NCBI RefSeq assembly: GCF_006345805.1
Contig: NC_042999.1
Coordinates: 156,488,001-156,552,000 of the forward strand
Reading direction: 5' to 3'
Source: Octopus sinensis
Taxonomy: Eukaryota
Length of the DNA: 64,000 nucleotides
Shown one piece after another: positions 38,196-51,754 of this stretch. The position numbers and the translations under genes were made by a program. Position 1 is the stretch's first letter, and every line of letters starts with the position of its first letter. The notes beneath the pieces were generated by a model, which saw only the letters and a program-made list of their open reading frames with translations, ran no database searches and was not told the DNA's origin.

Positions 38196-38714
38196 AAATG
38201 AAAAGACTACAAATAAAGGTCTTACGGCTGAGAGACAGCATTAAGACAAGAAATGTGTAACAGTAACGCTAATGGAAGATGACGTACTGTAGGATTTGAA
38301 AAGGAAAGTAGAGAGATGGAAAGATAGAAAAAAAAGCTAGAAGGATGAAAAAATTGGAAAGAACGATAGAAGAAAGGGTGGAAAAATATATTAAGGCGGG
38401 GACACAAGAGAGTATGACTGAATAGATCAGCGGTCAAGCACGAATATGAAGAGTGAAAGAAGAAACGAGAAAAAAGGAGGAGAGATAAAAATAGTTAGTG
38501 AAGGGAAGAGAAAAAAGCATGGGAAGAGATGGAAGCAAAGCAAAGGGAGAAAAGGAGCAGATATGAATTGAAGAGATTGCAGAGAGAAAGAAAGGGAGAA
38601 TAAAGGAATGGTGCCTAGAACAAGAGAGAAAGAGGCAGAACAGTTAAGAGAAAGGGGTTGACAAAAGCGCAGCAGAGAGGAAAGAAAGACGGTAAAGAAA
38701 GAGAGAAAGCGTGG

Positions 38715-38767
<53 letters not shown>

Positions 38768-39758
38768 GTTGTATCAAATATTACCCACTGTATGGGGTAC
38801 TACTGGGTAGGAACAAAAAGTGGGGTACATTATTTTAAAACTTGTACAGAAGGACGAGAATAGAAAATGGGAAAATTAAACATAAGACGTGCACAAGAAC
38901 GACAAAAAACACACGGAAAAATCACAAACCATACATGGAAATGCTCTGCGCACCCCTCATCAGTTATCATCCGAAAGTCATAGCAATTTCGCGCCTTTAA
39001 CGATAAGATTATTCAGTGTAGATACGCACGTACGTGCCCACTCCCCCCCCCCCACACACACGCACAGTCACACATACGTACACGCATACACATATTACAT
39101 TTTAAAAATTCATCTCTTGTTTGACATTGCATCAGAGTCGACGTATCCTGAGCCGAACAGCTGTTGTAGGTATGATTCAATAATTCATTCACCACTACTA
39201 TATAAAAATTTTGACTTGCGAGTATGCAAAAGGTCAATATCCTATCATTATGATATTAGATAATTTCATTCCTCTACTTCGTATATATCTGGTTCTATAT
39301 GTTCGTGAGAAAGTATTTTGTCTACTGTCAAGTAGTAAAGCTGGAGTATCTGAATCTTGACTGCAAGCATTTGTCCTTGTTAATACCCGTGTCCACCGAA
39401 GAAACTTAGGTGACCAAAATTTCTTTTTACAGTTATATATGTTTAGTGAAAAGAATTTCGTATTGGTTCAAACACGTCGAAGTCAAATGGGATCTAGTTT
39501 TTTTCATTCGCAAAATATGCATTTTTTAAAAGGAAGTAAAAAATCTGAAAATCGGCTATAATAATGTAACCTTCCAGTCTCATTGTTTTGAAGGTATGAT
39601 GTTGTGGAGAAAAAAAAATTGGAGGAAAAAGTTACAGAGGTTTAAAAATCGAAAAAAACTGGGTATTTTTAGCCAAAGCAACACAGAAATTTCCTGCGTT
39701 TAGCGGAGCGGTGTCAAGGCTGTACCCTGTGAAATTTATAGTCTAGCGTTTGACCTGG

Positions 39759-39771
39759 TCATTGTAGGTTT
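39759..39771 (-). CDS. luqin: Luqin precursor, probable last coding exon
   Basis: Acceptor tatttctgtttatttag|A AAC CTA CAA TGA completes the phase-2 Arg codon, giving R-N-L-Q-stop. The exon is very short, so the assignment is inferred. Confidence 0.55.
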
Positions 39772-40082
39772 CTAAATAAACAGAAATAGCTAATAAAATC
39801 AACATGTACTGCTTCTATTGCATTTGTTTAATTCATTGATGTCATATCAAAGAACTTACATTCTACTATAGAATGTGAAAGAGATGTACAATAAACAATA
39901 CCCACGCCACTCTTCTTTACATATGAATCGCATACAGCAAAAGCTACCACACTGCCAACTACAGTTTATCACAAAACTTTAGATGAAAATGCACACATGA
40001 AAGAATAAAAAAGAAATATAAAGGGGAAAAATATGAAAATAATTGAGTAAGAAATTATTATATTATGGATGTTAAAACATAC

Positions 40083-40197
40083 CGAGTACATTTATAAGCG
40101 TTTTTTAATCCAATAGATACACACAGTAGATTGTCGAGACGCACAGGTTTTTCTCCAGGAACATAAGTTAATGCTTCATCGTTATTGTTATTCGAAG
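40083..40197 (-). CDS. luqin: Luqin precursor, second coding exon (Cys-pair domain)
   Basis: atttcag|CT...CG|gtatgt, 115 nt; phase fits the upstream exon. (S)SNNNDEALTYVPGEKPVRLDNLLCVSIGLKNAYKCT(R) has the C-x10-C motif typical of luqin/RYamide precursors. Confidence 0.88.
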
Positions 40198-41749
40198 CTG
40201 AAATGTATTAATATTAACGTTAGAAATCAACATCTTAAATGTTATATATTTTATATATTCAAGCAAGTTTGTTAAAGGGTTCTCTAAATTTAAAATCTAT
40301 GTGAAAAACAAAAAAATAAAAGTTCAACACCAAGAAAAAGTTATTTTTCAGGTAATTTAAGTAGAGTTGCCATATCCTGGATAACGTAAAATATATCATA
40401 TTATATTCCGATTCTGATATGGAATTTCAGCAGCCTACGAATCAAAACTGCATAATACATATTAGGATAAATTATTCAACTCTATACAAGAGAACATATT
40501 TAGTTTAATCTTAAAATAATTATGAGCATTAAGTTTGACTGGGCGATGAATGGTTTGACAATCGAGATATTTTGTTATACTTTAAATCAGGGAGAAAGGA
40601 CAGTGATCATAGTCTTTGCAGTCTCTCCGAGACTAGTGAGATTGATGCGAATATTATTCAGCCCGAGCATTTGCAGATCAATCTATGTTCATGTGAAGAG
40701 GATAGAGACAGAGCCCCAGAAAAATGTATTTCCGAGGATAAAAGTTTAGGCAAGATGTTCTTATGAGACAAAAATATCGAGAATTGGAACCACTGAGAGA
40801 GAAAGAGAGAAAAAGTGAGAGAGAAAGTGTGAATGCATGTTTGTTAGTGAGTATGGAATTGTAAATCGCCCGGGTAACGTTTCTTTGGATGGAATAACTA
40901 TATGTGATGTATATCAACAGATCTCAGGTAGGTCGTTCTATATGGAAAGTATTGCTAGTCACTGAAAAGACTGAAGGTGGTAAGTGAGAGAGTGGATTGT
41001 AACTTAAAGAGATTGGAAATGAGAGCGATAAGCCGAACTCTGGAAGATTCGGAAAGATCTCTTTTTTTTTTTCCTTGAAATGTATATTTTGTCATAGGTT
41101 ATGTACTCCTATAGAGAAGTATAGCGAGAATATGGGTCATGGAGGTTATCAGAAACCTCATCTTGAATATGAGGGAGAGAAATCTTGCGGGTCACACGGC
41201 ACACAAAGGAACAATCTGACCAAAGCAAATATATAGTCTAAGCAATACCAGACTGAATGAGACAATTTAGGTTGATATCTTGTTTCCCAGACGTTATGCA
41301 TCGGAGTTTTCAATCTAATATCGTATAAGAAACTGATCAAATATATATTTATACTAAAAAAAATAATCATGCAGAAGTAGACATTATGATTAGAAAGCAT
41401 GTGTACTAATGATAAAATTATATTAAGCTTGAAATCATGATACTTAAGTCGCTAGACCATTCATCTAACCATTCATCATCATAACTTATTATTTAAAACT
41501 AAAAATCCAATGGGTGCAAATTTAAGATTGCTTAAAACGCAGTCGTTGTTTTTATACAAGTAAAATAAAGATATAAATATTTGAAAGTTAAACGAATGCG
41601 TATTTCTAAAAAGATAATTTATTTTTAATCTCAAGTTCGATAAACATATATTTTCAGTCTCAGTTTTTTTCCTACCAATTGTACTACTTCTAAACACTGA
41701 AATTACCAATTAAAATTTATGAAGAAATCAGTAAAAATGCCTGTCTTAC

Positions 41750-41906
41750 AAGAGAGAATCATCCACAAGGGATTGTTACTCATTTCGTTCGTTCTTTTTC
41801 CAAATCGTCCTTGTGGGCGCCATTTTTGTGCTGGTGAGCCTTCACTAACCATCAGCACTATCAACAATACTGAAGTGATACAAATAATCAGTTCTGAAGT
41901 TTTCAT
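41750..41906 (-). CDS. luqin: Luqin neuropeptide precursor, first coding exon (signal peptide plus amidated peptide)
   Basis: ctttatttcag|AAA ATG; MKTSELIICITSVLLIVLMVSEG-SPAQKWRPQGRF-GKR-TNEMSNNPLWMILS; donor T|gtaaga at 41750/41749. WRPQGRF-GKR matches molluscan luqin (Aplysia APSWRPQGRFamide). Confidence 0.93.
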
Positions 41907-43429
41907 TTTCTGAAATAAAGAAACAAGTTGAAAGTAAAGTGGAGGAAACATTTTTTCTTTGTGAAGCATTTATTATTCTCACTTATAAAAATATTATTAT
42001 TAATGATGAATTTATAAACTCATATTGGTTATATTTTCATAGAATTTGTGATACATATAAAAATAGACTTTCAATAACAATAGACATTGTCACCAGTGCA
42101 CAGATTGGAGACTATCTCATTTCAGTACTTGGTATATTCAAGTAATTTCAGCTTTCTGAATCACATCGCAGAGAAGTAAACTTTACTGAGTTAACTTCAG
42201 GTTACATAAAACTCTAAAATATAACGTCGAGCACCTTTAACAGGAAATCATATTTAGTATTCTGTTGTGTCTGGGAAGAATCATTCTCTTTTAGTGCCTT
42301 ATTATTTAACACACTCACCGGTAAAATTTCCACTTATTTCTTATTTTTATTTTCTAAAATTTTCGTTGTGTCTTGCAACCTTTTCAATAGTCGTGACTAT
42401 TGAAAAGGTTGCAAGACTATTGAAAAGGTTAAATAATAAGGCACTAAAAGAGAATGACTCTCCACAGACACAACAGAATATGCTTCAACACACGAACTCA
42501 TATAAAGAATCTTGCAAACCAAATCCGAAAACGAAACATATTTAGTATATTTTAGTGAAGTCGAAAATTTTGTTTGAAACTGATAAAAATGGTTTGTTGA
42601 AAATATAAAAAAATGTGAATGCTGGGGTAAGAACTATAAAATGATTTCATTGATAAAATAGTTGTAACGAGAAATGGTCAAATGAAAGTATATCTATTAC
42701 TGCACTTTTTGATTTAGGGCTTATGTGGAATTTTACTTGTTAAGTGCTTGATATTATTTTTGATGATATCCCAGTATTAAAGAAGTGGGTATCATCAAAT
42801 CTTTTGTCCAAGAACAATAGAAATCAATGGATTCTGAACGATGACCTGTTTAAAATGATACAAAACTACCACAGCGCAAATTCTACAGTAAGACTAATAA
42901 CTCAATCAGAAACGTTTTGGGGCGAAACACTTAATTTCCTACTGACCAAGACAGTGACAGTTTTATTTCAGAGACACTATTCTCTAACATAATATGCTAT
43001 ATGGATTTCAGGAGCGGAGTTTCCTCTAAAAATGAGAGTGATTGGAGATGTATACAGGAAAGTTATCATAACTTACATATATACGTACGTACATACATAC
43101 AAATCACTTTGACACGCAGCTATCACGCGAAATAGACTTATAGAGATTAAAATTTCGAAATAATTTCCTCCAACTTCAAATATCCATTTTCACTAGTTTT
43201 ATTTAGCATTTTTGTAGTTTTAAATCCAATTAGAACTCAAGGAAATACACTTCGCTTTTTAGTTTTCTCATCTGTAATACATGCAACACATACAGAACTA
43301 CATACATGTATGCACACACACACACACAACACACACACACACATGCATATTCCTAAACTTACCTGCACTGTTCATGCTTTGAATTGGCACTAATATTACT
43401 ATTTGCCAGTAAAATCTTTATACATACAT

Positions 43430-43568
43430 GCATACATACATACGTATGTATGTATGTATGTATGTATGTATGTATGTATGTATGTATGTATGTATGTATG
43501 TATGTATGTATGTATGTATGTATGTATGTATGTATGTATGTATGTATGTATGTATGTATGTATGTATA
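43430..43568. repeat. (ATGT)n microsatellite
   Basis: Direct inspection. Confidence 0.95.
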
Positions 43569-43618
43569 AAGATTTTTTTTATTTACAATGTGCATTTTCG
43601 TCGACTTTTCTTATTTTC

Positions 43619-43656
<38 letters not shown>

Positions 43657-44472
43657 TATATATATATTATATATATATATATACACATATATAATTATAA
43701 TTGTCACTAAATGTGACTGGGGTGTTAGAAACACATACATTACTAGAAATAAGAGCTAAAATGCGCTAATGCTGCAGTCAGCGCACATCAGAGTAAACAT
43801 ATGCGCTAAAAGGAACCCCAATTGTCCGAAAAATACCGATCGTGAATTCTTAGTACTAACGTCTGTTTCGGCAATTTCCGTTGCTTCATCAGTTAAGACT
43901 GACTCGAACTTCGGCTCTTTTCGGACTTGCTTCTCTACTAGTAAATGTTTTCGTCGTTCAAATTGGGTGATTTAGCGATTCGCTAATGTGTTTGCATAAA
44001 ATTAATATAAACAGCAGTTTGCAATGTTTCACCATATTTAGTAACAATTATAATTCTCCTTTTTGGCAACACGATTACAAACACTAATGTTTTTTGACTG
44101 TCCTTTTCCCAAAATTTGATCATCCTATATTTCTGCTTCTATTAAGTGACCCCTTCCTCTGTCCTTTCCATACTTCCCTTCACCCCTCTGTAACCTGTCT
44201 TCCTCCTTTATTCTACTCGCATTTTCCCATCTTTGCCTCCCTATCCAACGTACTCACCATTCCTTCAGTGTTCTGCTTTGTTATAACTAGAGATGGCTCT
44301 GACGAAAGTAACATTAATTTTTTTTAGGTCGTTCAATTTTTCTCAACTGATCAATACACCAATCGAGTAAGCCTATCAGTAACGTACCTATAATGACTGC
44401 TGGAAACAGCTGTAAGCCGAATTTTCCCTAATAAATGAAAAATATATAATGCCTATTATCTATAACTTGCCT

Positions 44473-44516
<44 letters not shown>

Positions 44517-45559
44517 GGGAAAATTTACAAAAAAAAAAACAAAAGACGAAGACAGGTGGTGTAGAAAACAAACAGATATATTAGTATAACGCTCAGGAAT
44601 TGAAAAATTCTTTAACATTTCGAGCCTACGCGCTTCCACAGAAATGAATACAGAAACATACAAGGAGAGAAACAAGAAGAGAAAAAATGTGTGTAGTGGC
44701 TAGCGATCTAAAAGCAATTATTAATTATATATATTACGGAGATGTATTTGCATAGCAGTGTGGAAGGTGTTTATAAGCCATTTAAAACACAAAAAAACAT
44801 ATTCATTTAGTTTAAAGATCTATACTAGAAACATTTAAAATACTAAGAACCTGAATTTTACTAAACTATTTTCTGATAATATAGAGAAGTAATTTGGCAG
44901 AAATAAATGTTCATATTTAACAATTGAACACGGAAAATTTGCTTTCAAACCCAAAACTTTTGAATCGAATCTTTTCCTCTCCTCTCTTTCACACAATGAA
45001 TGTTACAACTAACTCGGTATTGATGAAAATATTTCATACAGAGATGCAGATGGCACATTTCCGTGGAAGATAATTCATACATGAATATCAAAAACCGAAA
45101 TGTCATTAAAATACTATCTTCAAATGTGGTATAACGTTTTTGGTGTCATCCGCAGGAAAAACAGCCATACCATTACTAATGAAACAGCAAAATACATAGT
45201 GGAGAAACCTTCCCATCAAAACTACTTCCTAATGTAAGCATAACCGGCAAGATATAGCTAAAAACAGTAGTATGGAATGGAAAAGTTATATACGACTACG
45301 ATATGAACTACCCAGCAGATGTAAGCATTTCTTTTAAAATCAGTGAAAAAAATATTTAACTGTTTATGAATATGCATTTTTGCCAATAATTATTGGAAGG
45401 CTTGGCTGTTGGAAAACATCCATGGGGCAATTTTAAAAAGATCGGGTTTTGAAGCTACGAAAGTGACCAACTATTTCTCCTTTTACATATGCAACACAAG
45501 CAGTAAAACTATCTGTAACATTTTTAAAGTTCAACATGAAACACTCGTCACTTTTGATA

Positions 45560-46060
45560 TCTAAATTCCAGAGATGAATTAAAATAATGACAAAAGAAAT
45601 ATAACATGTAAAAGCACACATTCTGATAAAGCATGGTCCACACAACTATCAATAAGAACTGAAACAATTTCTGTAGCTAGAAACAGAATTAGGTTATGAA
45701 CAAGATTATCTCAGAGTGTCTCGCTCAGAAAGTAAACTCCTGTGATAGAAATGATAAAGCTCAATGTTAGGAATTGCAGAAGAGAGACAAATTAATGTTA
45801 CCCTTTTTGTTAATGACCTTAAGCTATATTCAGATAATATTCCCCGTACCAAGAAGCCGAGATGATACAACATTCTTACAGACAACACAAACAGTCGTTT
45901 GGTGAAGGCAAATGTTGATATTTGCTAGTGAATCAAGTAAAGATTTCTAATAATACGAGCTACAAATATGGATATCAATAGCTAGAATATTTTCCCCTGT
46001 CTCAAATGTTGAAGGCTACAAGAATTTCCTAATTGATTAGAGTATTGGATACATTGGTAC
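45560..46060 (+). mobile_element. Decayed R4/Dong-like RT fragment; boundaries approximate
   Basis: VTLFVNDLKLYS corresponds to the LLFxDDLKLY RT motif; many stops. Confidence 0.5.
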
Positions 46061-46212
46061 CGTCAGTGCTTGTACTTACATTTTGAATACTAAAACAAAC
46101 ACTCAAAGAAATCTGCAACTTGGACATCAGGACCAGGAAGATACTAATCCCCACTGATAAGTTCTACACAAACAATGGCTCTAACAGAATCTAACAGGAG
46201 GGATGGAGGTGT

Positions 46213-46504
46213 GGAGGCACATGGCCTATTGGTTAGAGTAGCAGACTCATGGTCGAGGGATCGCGGGTTCGAATCTCAGACCGGGCGATGTGTGTGTTTA
46301 TGAGCGAAGCACCTAAGCTCCGGCAGAAGGTAATGGCGAAACTTCTGCTGACTCTTTCGCCACAACTTTCTCTCACTCTTTCCTCCTGCATCTTGCAGCT
46401 CACCTGCGACGGACCGGCGTCTCGTCCAGGTGGAGAACCTATACGCCAAGAAACCGGGAAACCGGCCCTTATGAGCCAGGCATGGCTCGAGAAGGAACAA
46501 ACAA
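46213..46504 (+). mobile_element. Family C-related SINE with a different 3' half
   Basis: A box TGGCCTATTGG, B box GGTTCGAATCTC; 14-bp TSD GGAGGGATGGAGGT (46197-210 / 46505-518). Confidence 0.85.
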
Positions 46505-47369
46505 GGAGGGATGGAGGTAGTGGCACAAGGTTAGTTCAAACAAATAATGAGTACTGCATTGTATTACTTAGATAAGACTTAAATATAGAAGTTGAATTTC
46601 ACCTAAATTTGTTTCCCACAACTTTCTTAAAAGTGCGCATCTTTTGATGAAAATTTTCTAGAGTTGGTGGAGATTATGACTATGCCAGAAAAAGTTTTTA
46701 AATGAATTTTCAGAAATTTTGGATAAATCTCCCCACCTCACTCCATCTTTGTTTCTCCTAACTTTCTTGAAAATTGAAAATGATTATTTTGGAAAATCAT
46801 TCTCCACTCCAGACTTTGTTAAATGCGCATTTTTTATGGAAATTCTCCAGAAATAAGTTTTCAATGGTATAGCATCAAGTTAAAAATTTTCAAACTTTAT
46901 GAAGATAATCCAGCTCTACACCCTCAAGAACGTATCACAAGAAAATTTCATTAAAAAATAGGCACTAAAAAAAAAATCCAGTGTGCGAGCTGGGAGGTGG
47001 GGTTGAAAAGAAATTCATCCCAATCTTTTAATCCTCCCCTCTTCACATAATTGTAATGTAAACCATCTAAAGCGCTGTAATGACGGTCATATAAGAGGTA
47101 ATCTAAAACCAGAATTCACACTTTAAAATAAAGGAATATTGGTGGAACATGTCAATAAAAAATAGCAAGCCACTGCAAGCACAACTTACCTGATAATGTT
47201 CTCTGGTTTAAAAAAAACATAAAGTCATGCATTGCTGTTGCAATATCCTGGAGGATATTAATTTTCTCGTCTAAAGTTCTGTTATAAGAGAACATCTTTA
47301 GCGAACTAATGAAGAACTAACGGCTCTTATCAGATATATATATTTGTATCCATTATTACAGTTGCACCA

Positions 47370-48310
47370 AGGCACCGAGCTGGCAGAATCGTTTGCACAC
47401 CGGACAATATGCTTGGTGGCACTTCGTCCGTCTTTACATTCGAAATTCAGACTTAGTTGTGGCTGACTTTGTCTTCAATCCTTTCGGAGTCGATAAAATA
47501 CGTATCAGTTTAGCACTGGGGTCGATGAAACCGACTAGCCCCCTGCCCCCAAGTTTCAGGTCTTGCGCCTATAGTAGAAAGGATTATTACAGATAAACTA
47601 AGGCGGAGAACTGGCAGAATCGTTAGCATACCGGGAAAAGTGCTTAGCGGCATTTCGCTCGTCTTTACGTTCTGAGTTCAAATTCCGCTACTTTCTGAGT
47701 TCAAATTCCGCTACGTTCTGAGTTCAAATTCCGCTACGTTCTAAGTTCAAATTCCACCGAAGTCGACTTACCATTTTTCTTTTCGGAATCGTTAAAATAG
47801 GTATTAGTTGGTCATTGCGTTCGATACTGACAACTTCCTCATCCCCCGAAATTGCTGGCCTTGTGACGAAAATTGAAACCATTATCATAAGTACACCAAA
47901 GGTGATGAGCTGGCAGAATCATTATGCGCCAGAAAAAAAAAAGGCTTAGCAGCCTTTCTTCCGACATTGAGATCTAAGCTCAAATGCTGCCAGAGTCGAT
48001 TTTGCCTTTCCTCCTTTCGACAGTTGAGCACTGGTGTCGATGTAATTGACTTATCCACTCTCCCGAAATTGCTGGCCTTGTGCCAAAATTTGAAACCATT
48101 ATTACAGTTACACTTTAAAGCAGCTAACTGCTAGAATCGTTTGCATGGCCAACAAAATGCTGAGCGACGTTTCTTTTAGACGAGGTCGACTTTGCCTTTC
48201 CTCCTTTCAGAGTCGATGAATTAAGTACCATTTGCGTACGGTTTGATGTAATCAACTAGCTCCCCCTCCCCTCAACATTTTAGGCATTGTACCTATAGTA
48301 GAAAGAATTA
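47370..48310 (+). mobile_element. Array of four diverged head-to-tail family A SINEs; the second has a four-fold B-box amplification
   Basis: Heads near 47370, 47600, 47897 and 48120, separated by ATTATTACAG-like spacers; 23-bp unit four times at 47668-47756. Confidence 0.8.
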
Positions 48311-48328
48311 TTACAGGTGCACTATACT

Positions 48329-48561
48329 TATTTCTTTATTACCCACAAAGGGCTAAACACAGAGGGGACAAACAAGGACAGACATAGGTATTAAGTCGAT
48401 TACATCGACCCCAGTGCGTAACTGGTACTTAATTTATCGACTCCGAAAGGATGTAAGTCAAAGTCGACCTCGGCGGAATTTGAACTCACAACGTAACGGC
48501 AGACGAAATACCGCAAAGCATTTCGCCCGGCGTGTTAACGCTTCTGCCAGCTCGCCGCCTT
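48329..48561 (-). mobile_element. Family A SINE with a 15-bp TSD
   Basis: TSD CAGGTGCACTATACT at 48314-28 and 48562-76. Confidence 0.9.
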
Positions 48562-49755
48562 CAGGTGCACTATACTATGTAGCAAGAGGTTCGCATAATC
48601 TAGAAAAGCTAGTGTTTCTCAAAAAAAGTAAATAAACTGACTCGCATAATTCAAATCCAGTCGATCAGTGAAGATTAGTAAAACATTCCAAAAAATTCTG
48701 CATTTCGTTCTTTTGAATATATACACACAGTCACTAATGGGCATATCTCATACACATACATACAAAAGCGTGATCATACACACACACACACACAAACGCA
48801 CATAGTGCACTAAAGAAACATGTACACCCATAAAATGAATGCAGCTGTATCTACACATCATACATCAACACATGTATACACTCGCTCATTTAAATCCCTG
48901 GGACTGTCGAAACTCAAGCAAAGAACGTTTGTCACTTTGTCAGCGATTGGATTAAATTCTATGAAGAATTCAAAAGTCTAAAAATACATAATTACATACG
49001 TGCACGATTTCACAAGAACACGTAAATATATCAACCTATTCAAATTGCTAAATACAGAAGTCAAATCCTCCTCAAATCACAATCTTAAGAAAGAAGGCAT
49101 TGGATAATAAGGTCCAAAATAGATTATTCCGACATAATGTTGGGGTAGTCATGGATAGCATTCGTTGCAATTTTACTCATTCTGGGCTGATCTGGAGTCA
49201 AACGACAATAATAGCCCAAGATATGCAAATATTTTCTTTGCTTCAGTCATTGAACTGTCGTCATATTGGGGCCTCGCATTAAAGGGTTTATTCTATCTGG
49301 TACATATTCTATCGGAATTTTTATCAAACAGCTAAATTATGGGGATGTAAACAACCATTAACCAAGGAGTGAGAGATACACACGTAGATCCAAAGGTATG
49401 ACGGGCTTCTGCAGCTTCCGTCATCAAAGTTCATTTAATGCCTTTGTTATTCCAGGGATGATTTAGAAGACACCGAAGGTACTGCGCAGTGGACTGAACC
49501 CGAAACCACTTACTTGAAAAGTACGTGAAGGTAGATGTGAAAATGGGAAAAAATGAGAAATAAATTCCAAGGTGTCTGATTCTAAAACTGTTATTTAAAT
49601 AAATAAACTTACAACATATTCATTTTCAGACCTCGTATATTATATTTTTTCTGACAACAATAGCTCCATTCGAAATGTATTTCTCGGCAACATCTCTTGC
49701 AGCTGGTTTAGTTTAGTTTGTATACGGGAAATAGATAATTTGCAAAAAAGTAATG

Positions 49756-50171
49756 GGATCTTTTCGGTTTGAACGGCAGTTTTTAACATAATTTCTAGGT
49801 AACTAAACACTTTTAAACTTCGTATACTGGTAGAATGTGTTTATAAAACATCTTTTTCTCTTGGCTTTATTGAGAAAATTCTATAGTTTGTAAGATATTT
49901 GTTGTTTTTTTTCTTCAATTTCTGCAATTTCAGCCAATCAGTGACATCCATTGAGGTAAAAAAACATTCTGTGCCGTATGAATATGTCCCTCGTTTAAGA
50001 AACAGATTGGGTTTATTTACATTTGTGAAAAAAAAAAAATACCCTTCCCCCACCCCTAACCCTAACCCTAAAAGAGATTGAAATGCAGCAGATCGATACT
50101 AGGGTCATAATTATGGGTGACAATTTCATATGACACCGCTAGAAAAAATGCCGTTCAAACCGAAAAGATCC
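49756..50171 (+). mobile_element. MITE, Merlin-like, copy 3
   Basis: TIRs; perfect 8-bp TSD AAGTAATG (49748-55 / 50172-79). Confidence 0.92.
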
Positions 50172-50339
50172 AAGTAATGTCAGTTTAAGTCATTCTATGC
50201 TCCTTCAATAAGAATCCCCAAATTACAACAGTTACTCTATATAGTTTGGTAATTCTTTTCTTATGAGTCCTTCAAAGGAACCATGTAAACATCATCTTAA
50301 CCAAAGCTAACTCTAGGGTTGTCGGTGTCCTTATTCCTT

Positions 50340-50668
50340 TACCCGTTTATTTGTTTCAGTCATTTAACTGCAGCCATGCTGGAGCACCGCCTGTAGTCGA
50401 ACAAATCGACCCTAGAACTTATTCTATCGGTCCCTTTAGCTGAGCCACTTAGTTACGGGGATGTAGATACACCAAAATTGGTTGTCAAGCGATGGTAGGG
50501 GAACAAACACAGACACGGGCTTTCAGTTTTTGTCTACCAAATCCATTCACACGGCTTTCGTCGGGCCGAGACTATAGCAGAAGACACTTGCCCAAGGTGC
50601 AACGCAGTGGGACTGAACCCGGAACCATGTGGTTAGAAAGCAAGCTACTTACCACATAGTCATTCCCG
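50340..50668 (-). mobile_element. Family B SINE (internally deleted)
   Basis: Reverse-complement similarity to family B. Confidence 0.8.
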
Positions 50669-51114
50669 TATACAAATATCATAATTTAAAAAAATATTTT
50701 CACAACGAGTAAAAACCGCAAATAAAAAGAGTAAAATGTTTATTACAATTTGATAACTGTAAGGGGAAATGTTTATTTTTATATTATTTTGATATTCTCC
50801 TTTGTTATTTCGAAGATTCTAAACACGGAAAATGACACCTAGCTGGTTGTACCTCAAGCAACTGCCCGAATTGCGGGTACATTCAGCCAACCCCGATATA
50901 ACAGTTTTTCTTTCAAGAATAACTTTGTAACTGTTTTCGATTACATCACTAAAGTTTCTTTAGCGTATCTCTCTGATAAAGTGGGTATAAACTAGAACTG
51001 GCTTTGAGTTTTTTGAGATTTTCTTTCTGTGATTGTGTATCAATTTTGAGTTAATTTAAAACTTTAGAATATTAAGTTACAGTGAATTTTAAAGGCTAAA
51101 ATACTGCAATTTTT

Positions 51115-51509
51115 GGATCTTTTCGGTTTGAACGGCAGTTTTTAACATAATTTCTAGGTAACTAAAAAATGTTAAACTTCGTATACTGGTAGAATGTGTT
51201 TATAAAACATCTTTTCTCTTGGTTTTATTGAGAAAATTCTATAGTTTGTTAGATATTTGTTGTTTTTTTCTGCAATTTCTGCAATTTCAACCAATCAATC
51301 TGTGTCCCTCGTTTAAGAAACAGATTGGGTTTATTTACATTTGTGAAGAAAAAAAGATACCCTTCCCCCCACCACTAAGCCTATCCCTAACCCTAACCCT
51401 AACCCTAAAAGAGTTTGAAATGCAATAGATCGATACTAGGGTCATAATTATGGGTGACAATTTCATATGACACCGCTAGAAAAAACTGCCGTTCCAACCG
51501 AAAAGATCC
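51115..51509 (+). mobile_element. MITE, Merlin-like, copy 4 (internal deletion)
   Basis: TIRs; (TAACCC)3; no TSD visible. Confidence 0.88.
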
Positions 51510-51557
51510 TGTGTGGGTGCGCGCGTGTGTATATATGTATGAATATGTATGCATGTG

Positions 51558-51595
<38 letters not shown>

Positions 51596-51754
51596 TGTGT
51601 GTGTGTATGTGTGGCTGTGTGTATGTATGTATGTATGTACACACATACATACCTATACAAATGGACTAGAATATATTTCCTCTTCTTTCTGCAGAATGGG
51701 ATAAATTGAACTACAAGAGTCTAAACTCAAATTTATTAGTGTAAAAGAATTTTC

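Noticed and set aside
39013-39237. Minus ORF with C-x10-C (CSAQDTSTLMQC) as the luqin Cys exon
   Set aside because: Exon 40083-40197 has better splice sites, correct phase and the conserved Gly/Tyr pattern.
40572-40766. 64-aa plus-strand ORF antisense within a luqin intron
   Set aside because: No recognisable domain or partner exons; this length is expected by chance.
42744-42992. 82-aa plus-strand ORF
   Set aside because: GTG start, no motif and no splice support; possibly decayed transposon sequence.
47668-47756. CRISPR-like array
   Set aside because: The 23-bp units are contiguous with no spacers, derive from a SINE, and the context is eukaryotic with no cas genes.
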